The position numbers were made by a program, and so were the translations under genes. Source: Paraspadella gotoi (Eukaryota > Animalia > Chaetognatha). Taken from it: a stretch of DNA of 64,000 nt. The notes beneath the pieces are model-generated. The model saw only the letters and a list, made by a program, of their open reading frames with translations, searched no databases and was not told where the DNA came from. This document shows, piece by piece, positions 1-11,457 of this stretch; within the stretch, counting starts at the first letter, position 1; every line of letters starts with the position of its first letter. The stretch lies in assembly GCA_051294375.1 (NCBI GenBank), contig CM119270.1:17646025-17710024 (forward strand), written 5' to 3'.

Positions 1-1094
1 TTCGAGAGAAATGAATTAAACTTAAAAGAAAATTATAAACACACACACACACACAAAAAGCCGTTCTCTTTTTGAATTCGTGTTCGAGTACACACACGAC
101 GAAAAAAACTAAACGAATAAAATTCCGTGTGTGACTAAGAATTGAAAAAAATTAACGTATAACCGAGAGAAGACGAAAATATCGATATTTTTAAAAAAAT
201 AGCAGATCGCAAACATATATGCGCATAAATATATATTATAGCTAGATACAAATATATATATATATAGCCAGCTTGCCACACACTCTCGCTTGAACGACAC
301 ACCGTTTCAAATTTCTTTTTTTTTTTGCCCCATTGATTTCGTTTCGTTTTGATTTTTACAAGCAGCTGCTTGCATTAATCATTTTTCGCATCTTGTCGCA
401 AAAAGAAAAGTCCGACTGCTACTCAAAACTTCGGACGGCGATCTTATTTTAGTTATAATTGTATCGGATCGTTCAAATATACATTTCATTTCGCTCGCTT
501 TTCATTAAATATCGAACGAACCGGATTTTGTTTATGATTAAACTTCTTTGTTCAAATCAACGCTTATTAAAAAAAAAACCAAAAAAAAACAACAACTAAA
601 TAACAAACAAAAAAGTCTACTAACCGCTTTGCATCGCAAAAAACAAAACAAAAAAAATCTGCTATAAAAAAAAATAATCGAGAATCGAACCTTCACTAAT
701 CGTTTGCGAGATTTCACGAATAAAAAATCACCTGGCAACGGAAATATAAACAAAAACAGAAAAAAACCGACCTAAGAAAAAAAAACACTAAGGGGTCGAC
801 GTATTTGTTCGCTTTCTGATGTTTCACTCGTTAAGACACTAGGAACCGCCACCAGGGCTGTAAATATCAACCAAAAAAAAACAAAAACAAAAGCCCCCAA
901 AGCATAAAAAGGGAAGAAACGGCGGATTCGCGTTCGTGCCCAGGAAACCCCCCAAAAAAGGGTCGAATAGTCGTAACCCCCACCTTCCCTGTGAGGAACG
1001 GACCCGTACTCACCCGAGTAAGGTTCGTCCTTACGAGGCACTGCCCAGACAATACCTCATACAAACGCCAGCTTACTGCATCATTCTGCTTCAG

Positions 1095-1134
1095 GTGAGA
1101 AAAAGGTCATGCGAAGGTTTGATGAAATGGATTT

Positions 1135-1202
<68 letters not shown>

Positions 1203-1269
1203 GTGAGTCTTTTTACACTATTTCATCTTTGTTAATCTTTTGTTTAAATTTTCCTCGATTTTTTCGCAG
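1095..1269 (+). other. Candidate GT-AG intron containing an (AG)n tract
   Basis: CAG|GTGAGA ... ttttttcgcag|, flanked by GC-richer blocks (~920-1094, 1270-1320); no recognisable protein. Confidence 0.4.
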
Positions 1270-2086
1270 GGACATCTGCCGTCGATCTTCATCCCCGCTG
1301 CTCCGCTCCATCACAATTAAAAGAAAAACAAATAAACAAAAGGATTCTTCATCGCTATCGTAGCTACTGCGCAAAAAAAAAAACCCAAATAAATAAATAA
1401 ACAAACCCCCCCCCAAAAAAAAATATACTTACCTTCGTCATTAACGCAACTAGGCAGTAGTCAGTTTTAAAAAAAATACAAACTAAATGTTAACTTACTC
1501 TCGTTACTAATATCGTCTCTTTCAATTGGTCTTGCTATCTCGCTTTCCCTTCCTGTCTTGTTATTCGTGCCGCCCCCCCCCCAACAAAAAAGATTGTTAT
1601 TATTCACTAGTTGCGTATCACGTCATCGTCCTAACGTAAAGAGAAGAAAAGAAAAATATTCGTAGTTAATACTTAGTCGTACCCTTCTAAACGAGAGTGT
1701 TAGAATTAGAAAATATTTCAAAACTGAACTAATTATTACTAAAAACAAAAATAAAAATACAAAATTCGTTAGAAACCCTTACATCGCGACGTTGCTCTCT
1801 CTCTCTTTCTCTCCCGACAATTTTACTCTTCGAATAAATAATCGTTTTCCTTTCAAAAACCTAAAAAGAAAAAAAAACTCTCGAATAATAAAAAAGAAAA
1901 AAAAATAGTAAAAGTGGAGAAAAAGCGAAAATATTGCTTCGGACTCTTGTGACCTTGAGCATAAAAACGACCTCACCTCTTCACTCGCATCTCACTTACC
2001 CTTTTTTCTCTCTCTCTCTCTCTCTTTTGATTCTTCGCAAGTTTCGCGCCGGCGACGAACGACCTTCCAGTTTTTTTTTTACGAAG

Positions 2087-2685
2087 GTGAGTTGTCGTCG
2101 TTGTTGTCGTCGTCGGCGTTGTCGTTGTTGTTGTGATTTTGTGCGATCATTCGTGAGTCATGGTAATCCATGTGAATGGATGTGAATGACGAAAAATGTC
2201 GTTTTCACGCTCGGTGACCCAAACTAAGCGTCTAGGCTTCTTTCTTTTTATGAAAGTCGTAAGGTTGAAGCTTCCGGTTTCTAAAATCAAATTCCAACTC
2301 AATTTTATTTTTTTTTTTTTATTCCATTTTATTTTTCTGTTTTATTGAAAAATCGATGAATCGTGAAACGAAATCCAGTTTCACACGATTCGTTTTTTGT
2401 TTTTTTTTAAGAAAAAAAATTTAAAAAAGCAATAATATCAAAGTTGAAACATTATTTGTAATTTAAAATAACCTGTGAGTGACATGACATCACAACTATT
2501 GTGAAGATGTCGATTACCCAATCTGTTCTATTTAGGACTAGTCACTAGCGTTTTCATACAGAATTTATTTATGACATAAATTGGATTATATTCAGGATTA
2601 AATTCAGGATTGATGATGAACCAAAATCTGTTGAGACTGAAAACAACATCAAAGAAGAAAATTTTTTTTTGGTTATATCTATTTC

Positions 2686-2726
<41 letters not shown>

Positions 2727-2872
2727 AAGAGAGAGTGCGATAGGCGATAGAGATACTAACGTGCTCATTTATTTGACCCTATTATCTCAAACAGTTATAC
2801 TGGAATCCAATTAATTTCTAATCTAAACAGAGAAATAGTCCCTTAAACCTTTTTTTTCCAATCTTCCCACAG
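2087..2872 (+). other. Candidate GT-AG intron, possibly in the 5' part of the 3795 transcript
   Basis: AAG|GTGAGT at 2087 and tcttcccacag| at 2872, followed by a GC-rich block. Confidence 0.35.
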
Positions 2873-3794
2873 GACGTTTCCGCATCTCGGCCGCAGCATA
2901 TCCGCCATATTCTCAGCAGCAGCAGCATTTCTCCTCTTGCCTTCAATCGTCCGCTTGCCTCGAACCGACCGGGTTTTCCGCAATTGCAGCAAACCTTGTC
3001 CTTCTCTCTCACCCACTTGAACCTTGTTTATTATTTTTTTTTTGTTCGTCGAAACTTCGCAATTTGATTTTGCGGAGATCAAGTTTTGATTATTCGTCTT
3101 TGCATCAAAGAAACTGAGAAGTAAGTTTAACGTGCCAAAAACAACCCTTTAATAAAGGTATTTATAAACGTTATTTAACGGATTTTTAATATTCTCATTT
3201 TGCAGCATTCCTACACTACGCTCTGCTTTGCAGAAAACGTCCACAACACAAGGGAGCATCCCAATAAATCAATTAATTCAACTCCTTTTAATTTTTACCT
3301 TCATTTCCTTTTTTTTTTTTAACATAAGCACCTTTTTATTCATTGAACCTTACTCGAGCAACGCTTTACAATTATCTACCGGATAGAAAACTTTATCGAA
3401 GTTACTCCATAGACAAATTTCGCTTTGATAACGAATCAACTACGACAATAAAAAAGACGTCTATCACAGATCAAATTCCGAATAAAAACAAAAGATCAGA
3501 AGCTTGGCCAAATCAGCGAGTCGACCCTACGTTGAGCGTCGCTGTAAGGTCAAGGAAAAGTTTTTGTTTACCCAAAAAGTAAACAAAAACAATCGAAAGG
3601 AAAACGAAAACAAACAAAAAACAACACCCTCTTTTAAATTAAAAAAACTCTTCAAGATTGAAAGAATCCTTTGAAAAAAAAAAAGTTTAAAAAAAACTCA
3701 AATACACCCCTTTAAAAAATACATCCCGCCAGAAAACAAACACGCTTAGTCATCAAACAAAAACAACAACAACAACAACGACCAAAAAACAATC

Positions 3795-4011
3795 ATGGGG
3801 AAGAGCGGGAAAAAGAGCGGAGGCGGGCAGCAACGACGTCGGCAGCAACAGCAGCGGCGGCGGCGGGAACGTCAAAAGCGGGCAAATGCGTCGAAGGGAA
3901 GCAGGGATTCGTCTACGCGACCGAGCGAGGTGGGCCACAACCACAGTCATGCCACCGCCGAAAGATGGGAGAACAGACTAGTCCGGATATCGCCGTCCTA
4001 CGGAGCGCATG
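3795..4011 (+). CDS. Putative first coding exon of an unknown basic protein (MGKSGKKSGGGQQRRRQQQQRRRRERQKRA...)
   Basis: acaatcATGG context, GC-rich open frame, donor G|GTGAGT, followed by an intronic (GATTT)n repeat. Noisy copy at ~18788-19016. Confidence 0.55.
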
Positions 4012-4057
4012 GTGAGTTAAGGGGGTTTGGGTGGGTGGAAGTAGTGATCGAGGGTGG

Positions 4058-4286
4058 TTTGATTTGATTTGATTTGATTTGATTTGATTTAGATTTGATT
4101 TAGATTTGATATGATATGATATGATATGATATGATATGATATGATATGATATGATATGATATGATTTGATTTGATTTAGATCTGATTTAGATTTGATTTG
4201 ATTTGATTTGATTTGATTTGATTTGAATTGGTTTGAATTGATTTGAAGTGATTTGATTTGGAATTGATTTGATTTGATTTGATTTG
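4058..4286 (+). repeat. Compound pentamer microsatellite (GATTT)n-(GATAT)n-(GATTT)n
   Basis: Directly visible. Confidence 0.95.
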
Positions 4287-4459
4287 GTAATTTAGTTAAT
4301 GGATGGAATGATATCCGAATAAATTGATGAATCAATGATCCGATCAATAGAGTAATGAATTAAAAGAAATTAATTTAGCATTTTCGTACAGTTTTTACCG
4401 TTTGTGACAATAGTATTTTTTAATGCTCGTATCTTTTTCGAGCACGTCAAATATTTTTA

Positions 4460-4693
4460 GGCTAAATCTAATTTTATTCTCGGCACGTGAGGATCACCGC
4501 GGGGCACTGTCAGCGTAGCGTTGATTGCTTACGTGGCTTGTCGCAGTACTCAACTTGTGGCTGGTCGGCGTACTTGGCTTGTTATCATGCATGGCTTGTC
4601 ATCGTACGTGCTAACGCGCGCGCGACTTCGAAACACGGACTCCAAACGTTTTCCCCTTGCGTCCAAGTCTTGACGTTTCTCTCGCTTGATTGA
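4460..4693 (+). CDS. Possible downstream exon of the 3795 gene (frame and boundaries unresolved)
   Basis: CpG-rich block after candidate acceptors near 4391 and 4460; two frames are open for about 60-68 codons. Confidence 0.25.
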
Positions 4694-4927
4694 CGCTTCG
4701 ATCGTCGGTTTAGTCAGAGGAAAATAGAATCGCTGATTGGCTGAAGGAAAAAAAAATATCTTTTTGACGTCGCGGGCGAAATGGATATTGATATCATTAA
4801 CGGCTTCGTCGATGACGTCATTAATGTAGTTCTTAAAATTGTATTTGTTCAAATTCGTTAGTAATGATAAAAAATATGATGAACTATGAATGAGATGTGC
4901 GGAAGGAAAATTAGGAAAAAAACCAGC

Positions 4928-5010
<83 letters not shown>

Positions 5011-5384
5011 GAGAGCAGGAGAGAGAGACGACTGTAACTGCCTCTACGAGAGATAAAGATTCGATTTGATGGATTCGAGTCACCATTTCGCGATCGGTGA
5101 TTGACAATTCACTGTCATCGGTGCTCATCTTCACTTCGACTCGGTGATAAGAGGATGATAATGATGATACGCATCTCTTCTTTCGCTGATGAAAGAAACG
5201 ACTTGAGTTCTACTTTTAAAAAAAACATCATTTTCACTTAGTGACAAAATTATAAAAGTTTTATAAGACTTTCACGGTGACAATCGCCGACAACGACCGA
5301 CTGACAGTGACGCCGACGTCTTGGTTTTGACAGTGACACAGTTACAGTCGCACCAAACTTGCAGTGACAGTTTTCGAATCGAGT

Positions 5385-5491
5385 GTCGGTCATCTTAAAA
5401 CGAAAGTCGGCCATCTTGAAAAGACGATCGGCTATCTTGAAACGAAAGTCGGCCATCTTGAAACGACTGTCAGCCATCTTGGAACATCGGT
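5385..5491. repeat. 21-bp tandem array, consensus GTCGGCCATCTTGAAA(N5)
   Basis: Five exact-period units before the gap; about 7 units in the re-copies at 5980-6133 and ~20620-20763. Confidence 0.85.
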
Positions 5492-5516
5492 NNNNNNNNN
5501 NNNNNNNNNNNNNNNN

Positions 5517-6110
5517 CTCCTACTGCAGAGATATCTCATACGATTTCTCGATTCTGATGGATTTCGAAGTAACCTCATTTCTGCGCATCTGCGTGATTTC
5601 ATCAATCCTCAGCTGTCATCTCGGTGCTCTCATATCTCCTTATCACCCTCTGTATCTTCTTCTTCGATTACTACGTCTTGAAGAGTTCGATAGATGAGAT
5701 GACGCAATCTCTTCTTTCGCTGATGAAAGAAACGACTTGAGTTCTACCTTTAATAAAAAAACATCATTTTCACTTAGTGAAAAAAATTATAAAAGTTTTT
5801 ATAAGACTTTCACGGTTGACAATCGCCGACAACGACCGACGTGACAGTGACGCCGACTCCGGTTTTGACAGTGACACAGTTACAATGAAATGACAAGACA
5901 TGACAACACCGACTGCTGTTAAAAGACACGTCTGGTGCTGCACTACATCAATCTTGCAGTGACAGTTTTCGAATCGAGTGTCGGTCCATCTTAAAACGAA
6001 CTGTCGGCCATCCTTGAAAAGACGATCGGCTATCTGAGACAGAAGTCGGCCATCGCGCTTCGGCCATCTTGAAACGACTGTCAGCCATCTGTGGAACATC
6101 GGTCGGCCAT
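5517..6110 (+). repeat. Local re-copy of ~5040-5491 across a 25-N gap
   Basis: Same sequence on both sides of the gap; single-copy in the 20220-20760 homolog. Confidence 0.85.
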
Positions 6111-7513
6111 CTGAAACTAACGTCAGCCATCTTCCCCTCGTTGCCGGAGGTCGTTTAGGACGCGAACCGCGCCCTCTTCCGGGAAAAATTGCGTTCATCA
6201 GGTGCGAATAAAAGAACTAAATCGGGCGAAAGAAAATGTTCGGCTACCCTTTTTCTTTTTCAATGGTTTTTTTCTTTTTTCAATGAATCAGGAGAATTCC
6301 TTCTAGTTCCATGCGGTTTACAGTACATTATTTTTCCCTTTTTTTCCTTTTTCTGTTGATATGTTTGCCAACTTCCATTTCCTAACTTAAATTTCGGATC
6401 CGCATGGCAACTTTTAAGTCGATTTGGGTGCAGACGAATCGTGTCAGTTTGCATTGCTGAATGTCCTACGCGTTTTCTACGTTTCCATCACTTCACATTT
6501 TGTTTGTGATCGGAATATTTTGTTGTGTTTCGAGCAATCTAATTTAGCGAGAGAGATAATGAGCCTGTGAGCTTTCTAATGGCCTTAGTTTCTCCACTGG
6601 TTTTTCTTACTTTAAAGATACGCTTCTGAATAAAATTATTATAGAATGGATCTGTAAAAGTAAGGAGTGTAGATATCGTCTCTGCTTATACATACTTGAT
6701 TAACGCCCTGCACAAATATCCGATATACCCTTTTCGGGCCCCTCATCTTCGCCCCCTCATCTTCGCCGCGTGCATCTTGCGCCGCTCGACGGGGCCGAAT
6801 TTCGCAGCGAAGGACGAAGTACGAAATCCTTAGGGATTCGTCGTCGAGGAAAAACCGCGAAAGTTAATAGGAAGTACTTTTGAGGAGAAAGAAAACTACA
6901 TCAGTAATCCGGGTGCGGCATTAGTAATCAACATTAAGCATCAAACATTAAGCATTAAGTACCGTAATCGGACATCAGCTTGAGCATGCAGCGTCGGCAA
7001 TCAAAACCATCAACAGTGCATTATGCAGTGAAGAATAACATAACTTATCATTCTTCTTGATATAGATTTTTTCTTCCTGATAAATATATTTTTTTCTTTA
7101 GAATACACAGATGGTTGCCAAGCAAATGTAGAAAAAACTTGCTGTCCTGCTTGATTGGGTTGTCATGATTCAATTCCATATTTATAAAAAAAATATTTTA
7201 TAAATCTTTGACGTCATTCGTTGATCCTGGGTTTGCCTTCTTTGTTTTCGGCGTCGGAAGGTGAAGAAAATCTTTTATCGATTTGATAAGATTCTTAGAA
7301 ATCTATTCTGCTATCTTATTATTATTCTCCTTAATACTACAATTAACTTTTTGTACAATTCTTATTTCGACTACTTCTCTTATTCTTCTTATTTCGACTA
7401 CCAACTTTTCCTATCAAATTATGTCTTTCCTCCTTACAAATTCCTCCCCTTCTATTCCTCCCCTTATTCTCTCTCCTCTCTTCTCTCTTCCTCCCCTCCA
7501 TCTCTCTCTCTCT

Positions 7514-7573
<60 letters not shown>

Positions 7574-8098
7574 CGGGTTTGATCTCATTTGCCTATGACA
7601 AAGGCTTTTGTTGTTGTCTAAATTCAGAAGAAAGGCTCTTCGTCGACTTGATCGTCGGTCTCCTCGTCGTCATGACAACAAAGTGACAACAAGAGAAGAA
7701 ATGTAGTTTAGCGTCTAAATTCCGCCTCGAGTATCAGTTTTCGTTTCGCCTTCCATTGAATTTTCGAGTTTCGTATATTGTCTCAGATCAACGAACCCAA
7801 AACTATTGACAAATTCAACTCTTCGTTGCAATTTAACAATATCGAGCGTCTATCTTTGCCTTTGTCTATCTTTGTCTATCTTAATCTAATCTAATCACAT
7901 CACAAAGACTAAGTAAAAAAAAAACGTTAAAAACGGTGATTGTATTAAACATTTAATTATTATTAAATTTAGAAACGACGTTATTGAAGCTCCGAGATGA
8001 TTATAGTTTTTTTTTCTGAGCTGGTGCCGTGTTGTGCCGATTCCCGAAAAAACTCCCGTCATTATAAAAAAAACAACAACAACAACAACAGCAACTGA

Positions 8099-8472
8099 TT
8101 AACAACTCGTCTGCCCGTAGCCTTCCGATCCAGGGCAAGCCTGGCAAACTTCGTTTCCTTCGTCCGCCTTGAAAAACCCCGGGCGGCACGGTCGGCACCC
8201 GAGCGGGCCCTCATCCGGCTCCGTCCCCGGCGGGCACGCCTCGCAGTAATATCCGGCTAATCGGGGCTGCGAGCCCGAGGGGCATCGGGGGCACATGTCG
8301 TCGACTGATTCGTCGTCGTCTTCGTCGTCGTCCTCGTGGACAATGGGATCGAAGAAGGTGTGGTTCGAATCTGCGCAACATGTTCTCGGTCGTTGGAGGA
8401 TGTAGACCTGATCCTTTTTGTCGACAAAGTTGTTTTCGTTTCGATTACGGCGTCGGGGTTTCCAAGTTAAAT
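8099..8472 (-). CDS. Terminal exon 8, intact: acidic stretch plus Cys-rich ephrin-receptor-like/GCC2-GCC3-type repeats
   Basis: Acceptor gatcag|AT, then an open frame LTWKPRRRNR...RTCCADSNH...DDDEDDDES..MCPRCPSGSQPRLAGYYCEACPPGTEPDEGPLGCRPCRPGFFKADEGNEVCQACPGSEGYGQTSC-stop. The CxxCPxG motifs are typical of these repeats. Confidence 0.8.
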
Positions 8473-8610
8473 CTGATCGAATGGAAAGATTTAACTTGTT
8501 ATAAATACACGTAGTTAAAATATTTTATTTGTACTTGGTTCACTTAAATTAAAAATCTAGCTTTTAAATTGAGATTTAGGTGGGATCTACAGATTCTCAA
8601 TCAATATTAG

Positions 8611-9178
8611 AGCGTAGTGAAAGTTACGAAGTTTCTAAATGTCAATTTTGAACAACATACCATCAGTGAACATTAATTTGTAGAAAAAATTAATTTTAAG
8701 TTCTTTAATTTTCGCAGTAGGCTATATTTATATATAGTATTATCCTTATAAAATTGAGAAATTTCCAAATAGGCTTTTCTTAATTTTGACTGCAGATTTG
8801 AATTCCGAAGTTCCTCGCATAAAAGTTGAGAAAAGAAAATATAAATCATTTTTAAAAATTCTTTCATTAAGTGGGTTAAAAATTAAAATTTAAATATCAA
8901 AATTTTAATTTTCAGCTATAAAATAAGGTTTTTTAAAAATTTTCTCAAACTTAATGAAAGAATTTTTAAAAAAGGAGTTATATTTTTTTTTTTTTACTTT
9001 TCATGACGAATCCAAATCTGCAAAAAAAAATCTTAAAACATATTTTGAAATTTATTATTTAAATTGTAAAATTTATTATAAATTTTTTATAATACATAAT
9101 GGTTGATTAATATAATGGTTGTTCGTTTCCTCACTTTTAGAATTTTAATTAAAGTAATTTTAAAATTTTTACTACGCT
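8611..9178. mobile_element. Kolobok-like non-autonomous TIR element in the last intron
   Basis: ttag|AGCGTAGTGAAA ... TTTTACTACGCT|ttaa. The termini are AG..CT with TTAA-like flanks. The same left end recurs at ~28302 and ~32862, and an internal fragment at 11072-11153. Confidence 0.55.
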
Positions 9179-9689
9179 TTAATCAATATAGCCATATTGT
9201 CATTTAGTCATCATCGTAAATATTAGAGAAGAAAACTTAAATCATGAATTTTCTGAAATAAAAAAGACAATTTGACAATTAAGACAATAAGAAGAATTAA
9301 ACGATTAAACGATGAGTATGAGGCAAAAAATTGCACTAATGGCAACAAAAAATAAAATTCAAAAATTAAGGATCATTGCGACATTGCAAATTGGAAAAGT
9401 ATTAAATATATCAATGAAAATCATGAGTGAATATTATCATTACACTAGGCGCATTTGCCATTTTTTTTTTAGTTCATAGACAGAAACTTGGCAAAGAGAA
9501 AAAAAAGAATACTATCATTATGGATTACGCTAACATTTATACTGGGCCATGCTCTTTTTTTTTTTTTAAGTCATAGACCAGAAAATTGTGCAAATTATTT
9601 TTTTTTTTTATTACTGATTCATGAAATAGAAGGCATTAAAATACCGAGTATAAAATTATTGAATATACCCTTATCCTAATTATTTATTC

Positions 9690-10110
9690 TTATCGTTTAA
9701 TGATACTAATTATTTTATCATTATTACATTATTATTTTTACATTATTATTATTATTATTAATTCATTATAATTACTATGATTGGAATTAATATTATTGGA
9801 TTCACCGCTCATTCTAATTATTAATTGTTACTTATCATTAATTGCCACTCATTCTAATTATTATTTTTTTACATTAATGATTACTATTATTATTTTTATC
9901 ATTAATCACTATTATTATTTTATCGAATATTATTACTATGTTATTATTATAAAACTTAATATTATTATTAATATTATTGTTTTACATATTATATTAAATA
10001 TATATATTATACATACATATAATATATATATTTATCATCATTATTTATTGTTATTATAATTATTATTACATGATACTATATACTAATGTACAATTTTATT
10101 ATTATTACAT
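9690..10110 (+). repeat. Degenerate (ATT)n low-complexity tract
   Basis: Directly visible. Confidence 0.85.
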
Positions 10111-10744
10111 TATCAACCATTGTTATATACTAAGTTTATGATTTTTAAACCTTAATTCTTAATCCTTTTAATGAATTTTTAAATCTATAATCCTTAATCT
10201 CAACTTTACAATACCGAATTCTCAATGACATACCAATTAATAGAATAATTTCAATAATACCTTGGCCTTTTACTAAATCTACCGCAATTTCCGCCCTTCT
10301 GTCATCAGTCTTACCCCAGAATTCCCTACGCCAACCAAAACCTCTTCAAAACTGCCGCAATTCTAGCATTAAATTTTAACACCCAAATTTTCCTTCAATT
10401 CCTTATCTTATTTTGAACAAACTTCCACAACTTTTTCAAACTGCGACTCCACACTTCTAGACCTGTTCCCTCTATCAATAAATCTATTAGACTAAAGTAT
10501 ACCCTAGCCATATTCCTAAGATTGAGATTTTGCTCTTTCCTCCGGTTAATGCCCAAACCCATCTCCCTTTTATCATGCTTTTGTCATTCTAGCTTCATTA
10601 GCGTCCACATGAAGATTGTTCAAATCATCATTTATTTGAACTCATATTTTTTATCATAAAACTGCAAATATAGTTACACGGATCATGTCATGTACACGTT
10701 ATTCACGCAACCTCGATTCCCCCCGAGCAAATCCTCCTACTCAC

Positions 10745-10995
10745 GGCTGCAGATAATGTTCATCCACAGGAAAATGGCACGCAGGTCTTTCCCATCTCAT
10801 GTAGTAGTGAATCTTCTGCCGACATTCCTCAAGTCGACGTCGGCTGGGGAGATTCTCCACTTCCTCCGTGGCCGTTGTTGCGACAGATCGGGTCCAACTT
10901 TTGAGGCAACTGGGAGGGTTAGTATCTTTGGACGGAGGGAGGAAGAAGATGAAGTAATAAAGGTACGATTTTTTAGTCTCGCGCAACGAGGTACT
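10745..10995 (-). CDS. Exon 7 of putative secreted protein (other copy; contains indels)
   Basis: Acceptor tttatag| and donor CC|GTGAGT. The 251-nt length fits phase 2 in and phase 1 out, but that frame has an internal stop, so indels are present. Confidence 0.5.
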
Positions 10996-11408
10996 CTATA
11001 AAACGCTTTCGGTTGTACTGTCTATCTGTTTTCGATGATATATAAGNNNNNNNNNNNNNNNNNNNNNNNNNTTTTAATTTTCAGCTTAAAATATAGGTTT
11101 TTTAAAAATTTTCTCAACTTAATGAAAGAATTTTTAAAAAAGAGTTATATTTCAAAAAAAAAGAGAGAGATGTGATCGTTTCGAGAAAACCGTCGATTGG
11201 ATGCAAGCAAGACTTAAATAGTTATTTTTTGTCAAATGTTATTTAACATGATATTTGATAAAAATTCAAGTTTCTGAGAAAATTATTAACGATCTCGCTT
11301 GCAGACCTGACGCCATCCTTGTCGCCGCGTCTTTTAGCGTTTCTTTCGTAAATCCCCTACCGAACTCTTACCCACAAGGCCCAAAACCAGGCCGACCCAC
11401 AAGGCCGA

Positions 11409-11457
11409 CCACGCCGCCCCACACCGCCCCACGCCCCACGCCCCACGCCCCACGCCC
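11409..11457. promoter_or_regulatory. (CCCCACG)n array: Sp/KLF-type GC boxes with G-quadruplex potential on the minus strand
   Basis: The minus strand reads GGGCGTGGGGCGTGGGGCGTGGGGCGTGGGGCGG within a CpG-rich island (~11290-11690). Confidence 0.4.

Noticed and set aside
5385-6133. CRISPR-like constant/variable array
   Set aside because: The 21-bp period and 5-8 nt related variable parts are far too short for spacers; the context is eukaryotic and there are no cas genes.
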